55,255 nt of DNA, from contig PPNB01000038.1 of the NCBI GenBank assembly GCA_003707115.1, positions 1-55,255 on the forward strand, read 5' to 3'. The position numbers and the translations under genes were made by a program. This stretch comes from Tortispora ganteri. Lineage: Eukaryota. Below, in pieces: positions 21,415 to 32,454 of the stretch; the first letter of the stretch is position 1; each line of letters opens with the position of its first letter. Below the pieces are notes generated by a model. That model was not told the origin of the DNA, searched no databases, and saw nothing but the letters and a program-made list of their open reading frames with translations.

Positions 21415-23013
21415 ATGCCTCCTACTGCGCCTCCACGAAATAGCGGACTTGGCAGAACGCTGATAAATTCTCAGCAGAAGCGTACATATGATCCCTTTTT
21501 TACGAGTCAGGCTAAACCAGCGACTTGGACAAAATTGGCGTCAGTAACGCAAGAGAAGGATCTTGACGAGTTCCTCGCAACCGCAGAACTCGCAGGCACA
21601 GATTTCACAGCTGAACGTCTTAACACTAAGATTATTAATCCTAACGAACAGTCAGCATATATTCCTTCAGAAGACGAAGTGAAGAAACTGAAAACTAAGC
21701 ATACAGCTAACAAGGATCAGCTCATTGTTCCTCGAAGACCGCACTGGGATGAGACGACTACACCACAGCAACTCGAAGCAATGGAAAAGGAAAACTTTCT
21801 AGAGTGGCGACGGCTGCTGGCTAATCTTCAAGAGAAACAGGATTTATTATTGACCCCGTTTGAGCGTAACTTAGAGGTTTGGCGCCAACTATGGCGTGTC
21901 CTGGAACGCTCAGATATAGTCATCCAAATTGTTGATGCTCGAAACCCTCTCATGTTCCGCTCAGAAGATCTCGAAGCATATGTCAAGGAAATAAACCCCA
22001 ATAAGAAGAACTTACTGTTGGTAAACAAAGCCGATCTACTCACTGAAAGACAGAGAAAAATCTGGGCCGATTATTTCACAGCTAATAACATCTCTTTCGC
22101 CTTCTTCTCCGCTGCTCTATCCTCCGCCGAACTTGAAGACGACGATCTTTCGCATCTGTCTTCTTTGGTTTTAAGAGACGATGTAACTCTTCCTTCCAAT
22201 CCGGTCACAGTCCTCAACACCGAACAGCTTGAGCTGCTTTGCTTGAAGGATGCCCATCTAGAGGAAGGTTCTAAGTTGCAAATCGGCCTCGTCGGATACC
22301 CGAACGTTGGAAAATCGTCGACCATTAATGCACTTACTAAAGCTAAAAAGGTCTCAGTCTCTGCCACTCCTGGCAAGACAAAACATTTTCAAACTATTCA
22401 CTTAACTGATCAGATCATTCTTTGCGACTGTCCTGGACTAGTCTTCCCGAATTTTGCGTTATCGAGGGCCGAATTAGTATGCAACGGTGTACTTCCTATC
22501 GATCAACTGCGCGACTATGCTAGCCCCGCTGCCCTAGTCGCCCAACGTATACCTAAAGAAGTGATCGAAGCAATTTACGGCATTAAAATTCATATGAAAT
22601 CTGAGGCTGAAGGTGGCCAAGGCGAACCAACCGGTAGAGATATTCTTGCGTCATACGCTGCTGCTCGTGGTTTTATGACCTCCGGAAAGGGTATCCCTGA
22701 CGAATCCAGAGCCGCTAGGTATATTCTTAAAGACTATGTCAATGGTGTACTTCTTTTCATTCACCCTCCGCCAAATTATCCCGATTTTAGAGAATTTAAT
22801 GCCGAAATACATCAAATTGAGAATCTTCCCGTGACAAGGAAACAGCAAACTGCAAGCAGAGACAAATCTCAGGCCCCTCCAGTTTCTCTGACGTCCAAAG
22901 TTGACGGAGAATTCTTTAATAATGATGGTGTAAAAAATGACATGAAACTTCCTTTTCACAAGAAGAATACCTCTCGCTCTTCTTCTAAGAAGCATCACAA
23001 GGGAAAGAAATGA
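21415..23013 (+). CDS. LSG1: Circularly permuted GTPase for 60S maturation
   Basis: TPFERNLEVWRQLWRV, NKAD, GYPNVGKSS, TPGKTKHFQT, DCPGLVFP. Confidence 0.96.
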   Translation: MPPTAPPRNSGLGRTLINSQQKRTYDPFFTSQAKPATWTKLASVTQEKDLDEFLATAELAGTDFTAERLNTKIINPNEQSAYIPSEDEVKKLKTKHTANKDQLIVPRRPHWDETTTPQQLEAMEKENFLEWRRLLANLQEKQDLLLTPFERNLEVWRQLWRVLERSDIVIQIVDARNPLMFRSEDLEAYVKEINPNKKNLLLVNKADLLTERQRKIWADYFTANNISFAFFSAALSSAELEDDDLSHLSSLVLRDDVTLPSNPVTVLNTEQLELLCLKDAHLEEGSKLQIGLVGYPNVGKSSTINALTKAKKVSVSATPGKTKHFQTIHLTDQIILCDCPGLVFPNFALSRAELVCNGVLPIDQLRDYASPAALVAQRIPKEVIEAIYGIKIHMKSEAEGGQGEPTGRDILASYAAARGFMTSGKGIPDESRAARYILKDYVNGVLLFIHPPPNYPDFREFNAEIHQIENLPVTRKQQTASRDKSQAPPVSLTSKVDGEFFNNDGVKNDMKLPFHKKNTSRSSSKKHHKGKK

Positions 23014-23234
23014 TTTTTATGATTTAGGGAAAGCTCAGGGTGTTTTCCCCGGGTTTTATTAAATGTACGTCTTAACTTTTTTTCTGAAAAAAAGAAAAAA
23101 CAACAAAGCACAAATAATATATCAGTAATGACTACTTGTCACTATGCTTTACTACATTCCCATAAACATTAAACTAGAAGATATATCAGCTTGTGCTCCT
23201 GCAGAAGAGTGCATAAATAATGTTCGTTTTTTAG

Positions 23235-24965
23235 TCATAGATCTTCGGCATATTGTAGCGGCACTGATAATGAATTTTTGCAAAATTTAGAATTGATAAT
23301 ATCTGCTGGTTTTAGACGAGAGTCTCGACGACATAGGCAGCCCTCAACTATTCTCTTCGCGTCATCCCATATATGTTCTTGCTGATCAGGATATTTCATA
23401 CGTATCCAAGACCACTCGATTCGAGCAATTCTATGAGCAACCTTTGATTTAGAAACTCTACCTCCAGTAAATTCAGGGGGTAGTGGATCAAATGGAAGTC
23501 TTCTTTCCATTAATGCATATAATAGTACGCCAATTGACCATATATCTGTTTGGCGACCATCGTATTGTCGCCCCATCAATAGCTCAGGCGCAGCATAATC
23601 TTCGGAACCGCATCGCGTGGACAGTAAGGGGTCCTGAGGATCAATTCGACGTGCCAGTCCTAAATCTGTGAGCATAATAAGAGGGAAAGGATATTGAGAT
23701 AATTCATCTGCAGTATAAGACACTAAAGAATGCAACTCTTCCGGAGATTTGTAAACTAGAACATTTTCTAGTTTTATATCTCTATGCACCACATTCGAGC
23801 GATGTAAAACGTTAACCACATTCGCTAGTTCAGCAATTATGCGCCCAATTATTAAGGGAGTAAGTAAGTTATAATTATTTAAAGCCAGTTCAAATAAATC
23901 ACCGCCAGGGGCGAAAGGGAACACCAGTACCATAGAGTCGTCGAGGTTCCTGTAGCCTAGCAAAATGGTCAGACCAGGGGTCCGCAGTTCGCTAAGTATG
24001 TCAATCTCTCTGAATATAGCCTTTTTCATCCTTGACCTGCTAGATTCATCTATGTCCTTCAATCGCGTAATCTTCACGGCCCTTTGACGTGATGAGTCAT
24101 CTTCTGCTAGGACTACAACACTGAATGCACCCCTGCCGATAAGTTTTTTAGTTCTTAGATGAATTTCCTCAGATGAAGACCCCACTTTCCTCGCTGAAAT
24201 AGTTTTTCCTATCAGGCTATCTTCAGTGTTCAGTTCTAAAGTGGAATCAGAAGAAGAAATGGTGTTAGGTGATTCACGCTTCATTCCGTCGTACCTCTGG
24301 CTAATTAGTGATTCCGCATTCTTTGTGGTAGATATAGATATGGATCTCATTCCTGATGGATTTTTTGTGTTTGATGCAGTGTCTGATTGTGATTGTGGTT
24401 GCAGGAATCTGTTGACGGCCGTAGGCCGATACTCAGAGACAGACCGCGTGGAGTCTGATGAGGCATAAGAAGCAGAGAGCGGAGGTAGATCTTCTCGTCC
24501 TCTTTTAGGTAAAACTACCTGCAAAGCACGTCGAGGTGGAGCCACTGTGTTTGCAAGTCCATATATTAAGCCTCCTGGCGAAGAGCCGACATCAGCGATT
24601 GGTGACCTGACCTCATCGCTTTGTGTTATGATGGGAGAAGGGAGCGGAGTGAGGCTCGATATGGATATATTGTCGCTTACCCCTGTAGAGGATACAGATG
24701 CTGATCTATCACCGCGGTTAACGAAGTAGCCGTAATTAGGAGACATAGGAGTGAGGTTGTAATAGGGAGAAGTTATAGGTGGCTGCATTGCTGAAGAAGT
24801 GTCTATTGCGAGACCAAGGCTGCGGCAGCGTTCCGATATTTTCTGGCTTCTTTCGCTCGGAGATTCCCATTCGGTTGTTGTACTATTATCTCTAAGGTCA
24901 GGAGTTTTAAGGACATTAGTAGCTCCGGTAAAAGCAGAGTTGACCGGTCGCTGGTTGTCTGACAT
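23235..24965 (-). CDS. Ser/Thr protein kinase, Prr1-like
   Basis: GRGAFSVV, HRDIKLENVL, TDLGLA, STRCGSEDYAAPELLMG. Confidence 0.85.
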   Translation of the reverse strand: MSDNQRPVNSAFTGATNVLKTPDLRDNSTTTEWESPSERSQKISERCRSLGLAIDTSSAMQPPITSPYYNLTPMSPNYGYFVNRGDRSASVSSTGVSDNISISSLTPLPSPIITQSDEVRSPIADVGSSPGGLIYGLANTVAPPRRALQVVLPKRGREDLPPLSASYASSDSTRSVSEYRPTAVNRFLQPQSQSDTASNTKNPSGMRSISISTTKNAESLISQRYDGMKRESPNTISSSDSTLELNTEDSLIGKTISARKVGSSSEEIHLRTKKLIGRGAFSVVVLAEDDSSRQRAVKITRLKDIDESSRSRMKKAIFREIDILSELRTPGLTILLGYRNLDDSMVLVFPFAPGGDLFELALNNYNLLTPLIIGRIIAELANVVNVLHRSNVVHRDIKLENVLVYKSPEELHSLVSYTADELSQYPFPLIMLTDLGLARRIDPQDPLLSTRCGSEDYAAPELLMGRQYDGRQTDIWSIGVLLYALMERRLPFDPLPPEFTGGRVSKSKVAHRIARIEWSWIRMKYPDQQEHIWDDAKRIVEGCLCRRDSRLKPADIINSKFCKNSLSVPLQYAEDL

Positions 24966-26110
24966 TTGCCTAGTATTTGGGCTGGTTAGCTAAACCACGT
25001 AATTGTTGTCCTAATAGAGAGCAGTACAATCTTTAAAAAGATAAATGCGTTCTGAATAGAGAGTTGATCGTGATTTTGAAACAGCAAGCTTGCAGCTAAG
25101 GAAGTGGTACAGTTCAGGAATTGTACTAATAAGGGCAAAGGATGCGAATGCAAGTCATGCAAGCCATCTTGGGAACGAGTAGTGTTTACAATAGTCACGT
25201 GACAAAGAGGATAGCGTTAGCGCGACTGTGCCGGGATCAATGCGGTACCAATGCGGTGCCCGGCTGTCTAGTTTATTTTTTAGAATCTATCTTGCGACAG
25301 TAGAAAATTGTAGTTCTTAGATAGTTTTATATCCAGTTGAAGCGGGTATGTGTAGTGTTGTTTTAGCCATTATGATCGCAGCGGCGTCATTTCATGGGTC
25401 CCAAAGGCGACTGCGGCTCAGGCTTTAACGAAACAAAGACCAGATGATTTGGTTAGATTTGCACGATCGACGGTATTTCGGGAGTTTCAGTGCATTCGAA
25501 GTTAATAATTGATCACTGTTCGTAGCTTTTGGTGTCAATTTAGAATGATTACCGGCGGTGGAGACCTTAGCAATATAGGGGTCCTTATTGGCTGGACCCA
25601 ATCGGGACTATACCCACCGAGGAGCAGCGATCACCCATCTGCTGGTGTATGTGGTCAAACAGTTAGTTCCACCGTGTGTATGAGCATAGGCGTAGTACGT
25701 ACAGAAAATTGCACAGGTATTTGTTTTAAGAGCAGTAATTTGTATTTTGAGGTAAGTTTTGGCTTACATGCTAGTAAAAGCCCCACAAAATCAAGAAGCT
25801 GGTCAAAACTGTGATACCACCGGGGAAAGAGAATAACCCTGATGCGACTCCCAAACGGGGGTGCCCCTTGCCCCGATAGCGCAACGCACATTTAGTCAAA
25901 AAAAAATAAAGCCGGAAAGAACTTCAAAAACCCTAACGAGAGCATTGTGGCGCATTCACCCTTCGACTTATCAGTAAGTCTCTGTAACGTACGCAGTTAA
26001 CCCCACCACGTACGCATCTCAATACCAGTTTTGTGGTTTAAACCCTACCTGCCTGCTGCCTGCCTGTCTCTCTACCTGCCTGCTCGCGTGAAAAAATCCT
26101 ACCCGAGACC

Positions 26111-29100
26111 ATGTCCTCCGCCAATGGTCTCGCCTCGTCAGCGACTAATGGCGTCCATGCAGGCAATACCGCCAATCCCTCTACAGTAGAACAAGGCTCG
26201 ACTTCAACTCCTTCAAAGTCTTCTGTTCTCTCCATTTCCTCCATGCTGTCTCCCGCACCTGCGCAGAACGACCTGCCAGAGTCTTTCAACTCCGTCTTCG
26301 CCAACTCCGAAACCACCGACGCTCTTCCGCTTAGCCCATCTGGCGCATACAACCACACGCTTCACAATGGCTTCATCCCCTCTCTCACTAAGTTCTCTCT
26401 TCCCTCTGATCACGAAAAGCTGCTTCTGCGGGCAGAGGACCGTCTCGCTCTCTATCGCAAGAAAGCCACTCTGGGTGCTATAATTAGAAACCTCGAGTCA
26501 CAGCATGAACAAGCGCTCGCTTCAACCTGCAAAACCACGCGCTCTCTGGCGCTTAAACACGCTATTGCCCAGGAGAACGCCCTCTCTAAGCTATATCGCG
26601 CGATTGCCCTCGTCCCTTCAGCGCGCAGCGCTAAGCAAGATGACCGCAAGCGTCGTCCGGCCACGAAACCCACAAAATCAGCAAAGGACAGATCAGTCCC
26701 AAAATCGAAACGCGATCGCAGCTCGTTAGCATCTGTTGACATCGACAATAATGGTGTCGACGACGAAGATGACGATAATGACGATAACGACTCTCTGCGC
26801 TCAGAGGACAAACGCGACGCCGGCTCACCCAACACTGACGCCCTCTCGGATGCTGAAGACTGGCTGAACACTGAAAGTGCTTCTGCAAAAACCCCTGCAA
26901 AGCGATCAAAGTCTGCTCGCGTAACTAGAGCCAAAGAAAAGCTGGCCTCAGCTAAACCTGCACCGCCAGTGCCTGTGTTTGTCCATCCAGCCTTGTCTAC
27001 CGACCCTTATGTCGTAAAAGCCTATAACAACGTATATGAGTCGATCTGGAAAGACATGGCGAGGAAGGACGCTCCGAAAGTCTCAAGGATCATGTCCAGC
27101 TCGCTGAATATAAAGCAGCTGAACGCTAAGAAAACCGCACAGCTCGCCAGTAAAGAAGCTAGAAGATGGCAAATCCGTGCAAACCGTTCTGTTAAAGAAG
27201 TTCAAGTAAAGGCTAGACGTGGAATGAAGGAAATGATGACTTATTGGAAACGCAGCGAAAAATCTGAAAGAGACAAGCGCAAAAAGGCAGAACGTGAGTC
27301 CATCGACCGCGCTAAAAAGGAAGAAGAAGAGCGTGAAGCACGTCGCCAAGCTCGTAAGCTGAACTTCCTTATATCTCAAACAGAATTGTACTCTCATTTT
27401 ATTGGAAATAAGATCCAGAATAATGGTACTACTGATGTCGGCGAAAAGGCTGCGGTTGGAGATGTCGATTTCGACAATACCGACGATAATGACCTTGAAG
27501 AATTGGCTAGAAAAAACGCACAGTCAGCTGTTAAAGCAGCGCAGGATCGCGCCAAACAGTTCTCTGAAAATAAAGACTCTGAAGATGTTGATATGGCTGA
27601 TGGTGAACTAAACTTCCAAAACCCTACAACACTTGGAGAAATAGAAATCAAGCAGCCAAAAATGCTAAGATGTCAATTAAAAGAATACCAAATCAAAGGC
27701 TTGAACTGGCTGGTTAACCTCTATGAGCAAGGAATTAATGGAATTCTGGCAGATGAAATGGGTCTCGGCAAAACTGTTCAGTCTATGTCTGTGATGGCTT
27801 ATCTGGCAGAGACGCACAATATATGGGGACCTTTCTTGGTAATTGCTCCCGCGTCTACTCTACATAACTGGCAGCAGGAAATCAGTCGGTTTATTCCTGA
27901 CTTCCGCGTACTGCCGTACTGGGGTAACACGAAAGATCGAAAAATTCTTCGAAAGTTCTGGGACAGAAAACGACTCACTTATGACAAGAACTCGGATTTT
28001 CACGTCCTGGTCACGTCTTACCAATTAGTTGTGGCTGATGCTCAGTACTTCCAAAGAGTTAAATGGCAGTACATGATCTTAGATGAAGCCCAGGCTATTA
28101 AATCTAGTTCTTCTGCTCGCTGGAAATCTCTGCTCGGGTTCCATTGCCGAAACAGACTCTTGCTTACCGGCACACCAATTCAGAATTCTATGCAGGAATT
28201 ATGGGCTCTTTTGCACTTCATTATGCCTACACTGTTTGATTCTCATGACGAGTTCTCAGATTGGTTTTCCAGAGATATCGAGTCTCACGCGCAATCGAAT
28301 ACTCAGCTTAACGAACAACAACTTAGAAGATTGCATATGATCTTAAAGCCATTCATGTTGCGCAGAGTGAAGAAGAATGTCCAGAGTGAACTCGGCGACA
28401 AAATCGAAATTGACGTCTATTGCAACCTTACACACAGACAACGTGCAATGTATGATCTTCTGAAACGACAAGTTAGTGTCGTCGACCTTCTCAGAAAGGC
28501 CGTCAGTGGAGGTGATGACGGTTCACAGACTTTAATGAACCTCGTTATGCAGTTTAGGAAAGTCTGTAATCATCCTGACTTATTCGAGAGATCTGACACC
28601 AAATCTCCTCTGTCCTTAGCTGAATTTGCTGAAACTGGTTCCTTCTTACGCGAGAATAATTTACTCATGGTGCCATATTCTGCTACGAACATGATAAAAC
28701 TGCAAATGCCCCGTTTATTTTATACTGGTGGTGGCAAACTAGACATTCCTAGCAATGATAATACGCGTGCTGGGTTTGAGCAGAAATACACACGAAACCT
28801 CATGAGTATATGGGCTTCTGACTATCTTCACGAATCTCGAAAATCTAAGATTGATAACAATATGTCGTTCCTTGGACTAGTTGGATATTCTGAGGCTGAA
28901 GTATCAGCCATTGCTTTAGGAAATATTTCTATTCCTGAACAACTGAAAAATATCATTGAAGATGTTGGCAAAAACGATTTACTTTCTCGAGGAAATGTTG
29001 TCTATGACGATGACTCTGAGTCTACTCCTGTTCCGGTGTCACGCATGCTCCAAATTGTGCCTGCTAATTCAAGAAAAGTTCTCGCTTCAACTACTCATGA

Positions 29101-30235
29101 AGGAATTTTGGATGATATGTGCAACGTTTGGCGCAGTTCACTGCTTTATCAGGATAAACTGCATCGATTAGAACCTATGGGAGACCCGCGCGCTACTGCA
29201 CCACCAGTTGCTATTGACTGTCATTCGTCTGTTGCCGTAAGGGAGTTTTCTGATATTTTATTTAATCAATCTTTGCGCGAAAGTCTGTTCAGAGATTTGA
29301 GGCCATGGACACCTAAAGAACTCGTGGAAAATAAAGTTGAAAGAATGTACTGGCCAATTTCTGGTGCTATTCTTCCACAGCCCACTAGTGAGCGTGCCGG
29401 TTATTCACCTATTCGTGTTCCCAGTATGGCTAAGTTTGTGGCTGAATCTGGTAAACTGTCGCGTCTCGATCAGCTGCTGGCAGAACTGAAGCAGAATGAC
29501 CATAGGGTGCTAATATACTTTCAGATGACAAAGATGATGGATATGATGGAAGAGTATTTGACATATCGTCAATACAGGTACGTGCGTTTGGATGGTTCAT
29601 CGAAACTCGGAGACAGACGTGATTTGGTGCATGCCTGGCAAACACAGCCTGAACTGTTTGTGTTCTTACTATCCACGCGTGCTGGTGGTTTAGGAATTAA
29701 CTTGACCGCTGCTGACACAGTTATCTTTTATGACTCAGATTGGAACCCAACTATTGATTCTCAGGCTATGGACCGCGCGCATCGACTAGGACAAACTAAG
29801 CAAGTAACTGTATACCGCTTGCTTGTTAAAGGTACTATTGAGGAGCGCATGCGTGATCGTGCTAAGCAAAAGATGCACGTCCAAGAAGTGGTAATGGAAG
29901 GCAAAACCAATACCAATGAAGCCAATGGCGCTGCCAAAAGCGACGACGTCGGTACAGAATCTGCTTTCCTTGAGTCTTCCTCATTTCAAAAACCTGGAAG
30001 GGACGTTGCTTTCTGGTTATTGGACGACGATGCACAGGCTGAGGCTATGCTCAAAGATTCCAAGCTGAATGGAACTCCAGATCGTAAAGTTGGCAAAAGG
30101 AAACGTGATAATATTGAAGCAGAACTGGAAAATATGTATCACGAAGGAGAAGGATTTTTTGAGAGTGAACAACAGTCGGAAGTATCAACTCCAGTACCCT
30201 ACTCAGCTCCAAAACGTGCCAAAGTACGTAAATGA
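26111..30235 (+). CDS. INO80: INO80 chromatin-remodelling ATPase
   Basis: DBINO region ([19 protein letters not shown]), [16 protein letters not shown], split helicase, [11 protein letters not shown]. Confidence 0.98.
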   Translation: MSSANGLASSATNGVHAGNTANPSTVEQGSTSTPSKSSVLSISSMLSPAPAQNDLPESFNSVFANSETTDALPLSPSGAYNHTLHNGFIPSLTKFSLPSDHEKLLLRAEDRLALYRKKATLGAIIRNLESQHEQALASTCKTTRSLALKHAIAQENALSKLYRAIALVPSARSAKQDDRKRRPATKPTKSAKDRSVPKSKRDRSSLASVDIDNNGVDDEDDDNDDNDSLRSEDKRDAGSPNTDALSDAEDWLNTESASAKTPAKRSKSARVTRAKEKLASAKPAPPVPVFVHPALSTDPYVVKAYNNVYESIWKDMARKDAPKVSRIMSSSLNIKQLNAKKTAQLASKEARRWQIRANRSVKEVQVKARRGMKEMMTYWKRSEKSERDKRKKAERESIDRAKKEEEEREARRQARKLNFLISQTELYSHFIGNKIQNNGTTDVGEKAAVGDVDFDNTDDNDLEELARKNAQSAVKAAQDRAKQFSENKDSEDVDMADGELNFQNPTTLGEIEIKQPKMLRCQLKEYQIKGLNWLVNLYEQGINGILADEMGLGKTVQSMSVMAYLAETHNIWGPFLVIAPASTLHNWQQEISRFIPDFRVLPYWGNTKDRKILRKFWDRKRLTYDKNSDFHVLVTSYQLVVADAQYFQRVKWQYMILDEAQAIKSSSSARWKSLLGFHCRNRLLLTGTPIQNSMQELWALLHFIMPTLFDSHDEFSDWFSRDIESHAQSNTQLNEQQLRRLHMILKPFMLRRVKKNVQSELGDKIEIDVYCNLTHRQRAMYDLLKRQVSVVDLLRKAVSGGDDGSQTLMNLVMQFRKVCNHPDLFERSDTKSPLSLAEFAETGSFLRENNLLMVPYSATNMIKLQMPRLFYTGGGKLDIPSNDNTRAGFEQKYTRNLMSIWASDYLHESRKSKIDNNMSFLGLVGYSEAEVSAIALGNISIPEQLKNIIEDVGKNDLLSRGNVVYDDDSESTPVPVSRMLQIVPANSRKVLASTTHEGILDDMCNVWRSSLLYQDKLHRLEPMGDPRATAPPVAIDCHSSVAVREFSDILFNQSLRESLFRDLRPWTPKELVENKVERMYWPISGAILPQPTSERAGYSPIRVPSMAKFVAESGKLSRLDQLLAELKQNDHRVLIYFQMTKMMDMMEEYLTYRQYRYVRLDGSSKLGDRRDLVHAWQTQPELFVFLLSTRAGGLGINLTAADTVIFYDSDWNPTIDSQAMDRAHRLGQTKQVTVYRLLVKGTIEERMRDRAKQKMHVQEVVMEGKTNTNEANGAAKSDDVGTESAFLESSSFQKPGRDVAFWLLDDDAQAEAMLKDSKLNGTPDRKVGKRKRDNIEAELENMYHEGEGFFESEQQSEVSTPVPYSAPKRAKVRK

Positions 30236-30318
30236 AGCTACTATTAGCGATTACAAAATAATACAGAATATTATTAGATGTATCATGTATTTATTCTTCT
30301 CTTAATAGTAGTAGTCGG

Positions 30319-31488
30319 TTATTTCAATACAATATGTTTACCAATAACGTCATACTGGTTTAAGAATGAATCAAGGACATTCTCAAAGTCAGAACGTTCT
30401 TCTGATAAATCAAATCCCTTTTCCAGGTCATAATTGCTTTGTTCTTCATCTGATTCTGAATCGTACTGTTTTTGTATGTGTTCAAACCGTTTGTCTAAAT
30501 CATACATGTTCCCTCGGCCAACACCTTTCTTCTTTCTCGGTTGAATTGTTATCTTTGTAGATCCTTTAGATACAATTGTCTTCTTGGGTAATGGCTTCAT
30601 GTTTGTCTTTATAACTTCTTCCTTGCATTCTTCGCTTTCCTGGACTTCGTCAATAGTGAGTTTTGTGATTGTATCCGAGACTTCTTGCAGCACATTATCC
30701 TTCAACAGTTGATTATTTTGATCAGATTTTCCAGACGAGTCCTGTTCAAGTAAACCATAATACTCTGCTTCATACTGGTCCATTAATTTCTCTCTTTTCT
30801 CATAGTCCTTGATATAAGTGATAGCACGCCAATCTGCAGGCCCCGAATCCAAGATCTCGTCAAAGAACTTATCTGACTCATCTTTGGCATCCAAAAAAGC
30901 ATCCAAACGCACTAACGCCTGTTGGTCATTCTCTTCCGGTTTAGGAATCTCAAACGTCTGCGCAAGGTATCGATCATCGTCGAGTGCTTCAAGGATCTCC
31001 AGCAAATCGGGATCATCAGTATATGCCAGTTCGTCTGGAATTTCTTTCATATTTTCATAGTCCATATACGTGTTCGCAGTAGACGGAAACGCTTCTGTTA
31101 GGTCTTTTATTGGCATCTTACTAACGACTTGTCTAAAATGTGCTTCTCCCGCAAATCCACCACCTGGTATCAGCAAGCCGCCATCATCATAAGTCATTAG
31201 CTGCGAGTCATCCTGAGAACCCATATATTCTCTCGTTTTAAGATCGTTTATATCTGCAGGCTTGTCTAGGTCTCGATCGTACTTCAGGTTCCATTCGTGG
31301 TAGAACTTCTGTCTTTGTCGTCGAGCCTTTCGGGCATTAGGATCATCATACGTAGCAGGTCGATACTGCGGCATCAGTACATTAGGTACCGCTTCCTCAT
31401 CATGATATAAAATGTCATCTCGTCTTCGTGGAACCAGATCAAACGTTAAAGACTCCTTTTTATTAATAAAAGGGCGAGATTTTGGCAT
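30319..31488 (-). CDS. LTV1: Low-temperature viability protein (40S biogenesis)
   Basis: N-terminal FINKK..TFDLVPR..DD..Y.D pattern, DPDLLEILEALDD, RSDFENVLDSFL C-terminal motif. Confidence 0.8.
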   Translation of the reverse strand: MPKSRPFINKKESLTFDLVPRRRDDILYHDEEAVPNVLMPQYRPATYDDPNARKARRQRQKFYHEWNLKYDRDLDKPADINDLKTREYMGSQDDSQLMTYDDGGLLIPGGGFAGEAHFRQVVSKMPIKDLTEAFPSTANTYMDYENMKEIPDELAYTDDPDLLEILEALDDDRYLAQTFEIPKPEENDQQALVRLDAFLDAKDESDKFFDEILDSGPADWRAITYIKDYEKREKLMDQYEAEYYGLLEQDSSGKSDQNNQLLKDNVLQEVSDTITKLTIDEVQESEECKEEVIKTNMKPLPKKTIVSKGSTKITIQPRKKKGVGRGNMYDLDKRFEHIQKQYDSESDEEQSNYDLEKGFDLSEERSDFENVLDSFLNQYDVIGKHIVLK

Positions 31489-32454
31489 TTTTGATGTATC
31501 GTGAGTGATTCGTTGGGAGGATTTTTTTTTTGCCAGAATGGTATCTAAACTCTAACACGATTAAAGTTTCGATTACGACTGTAATTTGGTGCATCGAACA
31601 TGCTGTGGGAAACTATGCATATAATTTATTCGTATTCTCGTACAATACAATCGCCTGTACTAATAGCACCTAGATGTTCTTTGGTAAAACAATTTTATCT
31701 ATGTAATGTAATAGAGTTAATACTGTTGCATTTGTAGGTGTTAGAGTGGTATGTAACTGTAGTTATTATTTTGCGTTTCAAACAATTGAGAAGTCAGTAT
31801 CTTCCCTGAATGAGTAATTCAACATCTTTACCTTGAATGAAATGACTAGATCTTTATTGTAAATCAGCAGAAGGTGTTGAAAATTAAATGTAGTCTTTAT
31901 GCTGCAATGCTTACATCAATCGCTGCTTCCGCTCACACTCAATGTCGCTAGACGCAGTGTATACACAGTCACTAAAGGCCGAGATAATCCAGAAATAATC
32001 AATTTCCTTAGACCGTAAAAACTTGAACATTGAATGCCTTTCAGCCATATGCAGATAAACGCATCTCAAGGCACATCTCAGAACGCACTAGTATACATCC
32101 AAGAGACGACCGATCGATTCTTTATAAACTAAAACTTTATCTTATTTAAGGTTAGCACTCTCAAACATATCAAGGTATCATGTGAGCCACTACCATGATC
32201 CTTCTTACTCACTCACTTTTCTAGTGTCAGTGCCGTGTGGTTTTAATTCCTTTCCCTTTTATATTCACCTGGTTGCCTGGTGTACATGCCTCGTTCATTA
32301 TTATTCTGTTTTAATAGTTGCGTCTCACTTTCGACAAACCCGTACTAAAGCATATACCTGCAGCACATCTCGTCAGATCAATTATTTTCCTTTGCATGTT
32401 ACTCAAGTTCACTTCTCGCACTAATAATTATTGCTTGTTGACAAACTAAAACCA

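Noticed and set aside
24975..25170. Branch/acceptor (GCTAACCAG) upstream of the Prr1-like kinase
   Set aside because: No consensus donor found upstream.
27746..27748. Alternative CUG decoding
   Set aside because: CTG occupies invariant Leu positions (INO80 GILADE, GLNWL), consistent with the standard code.
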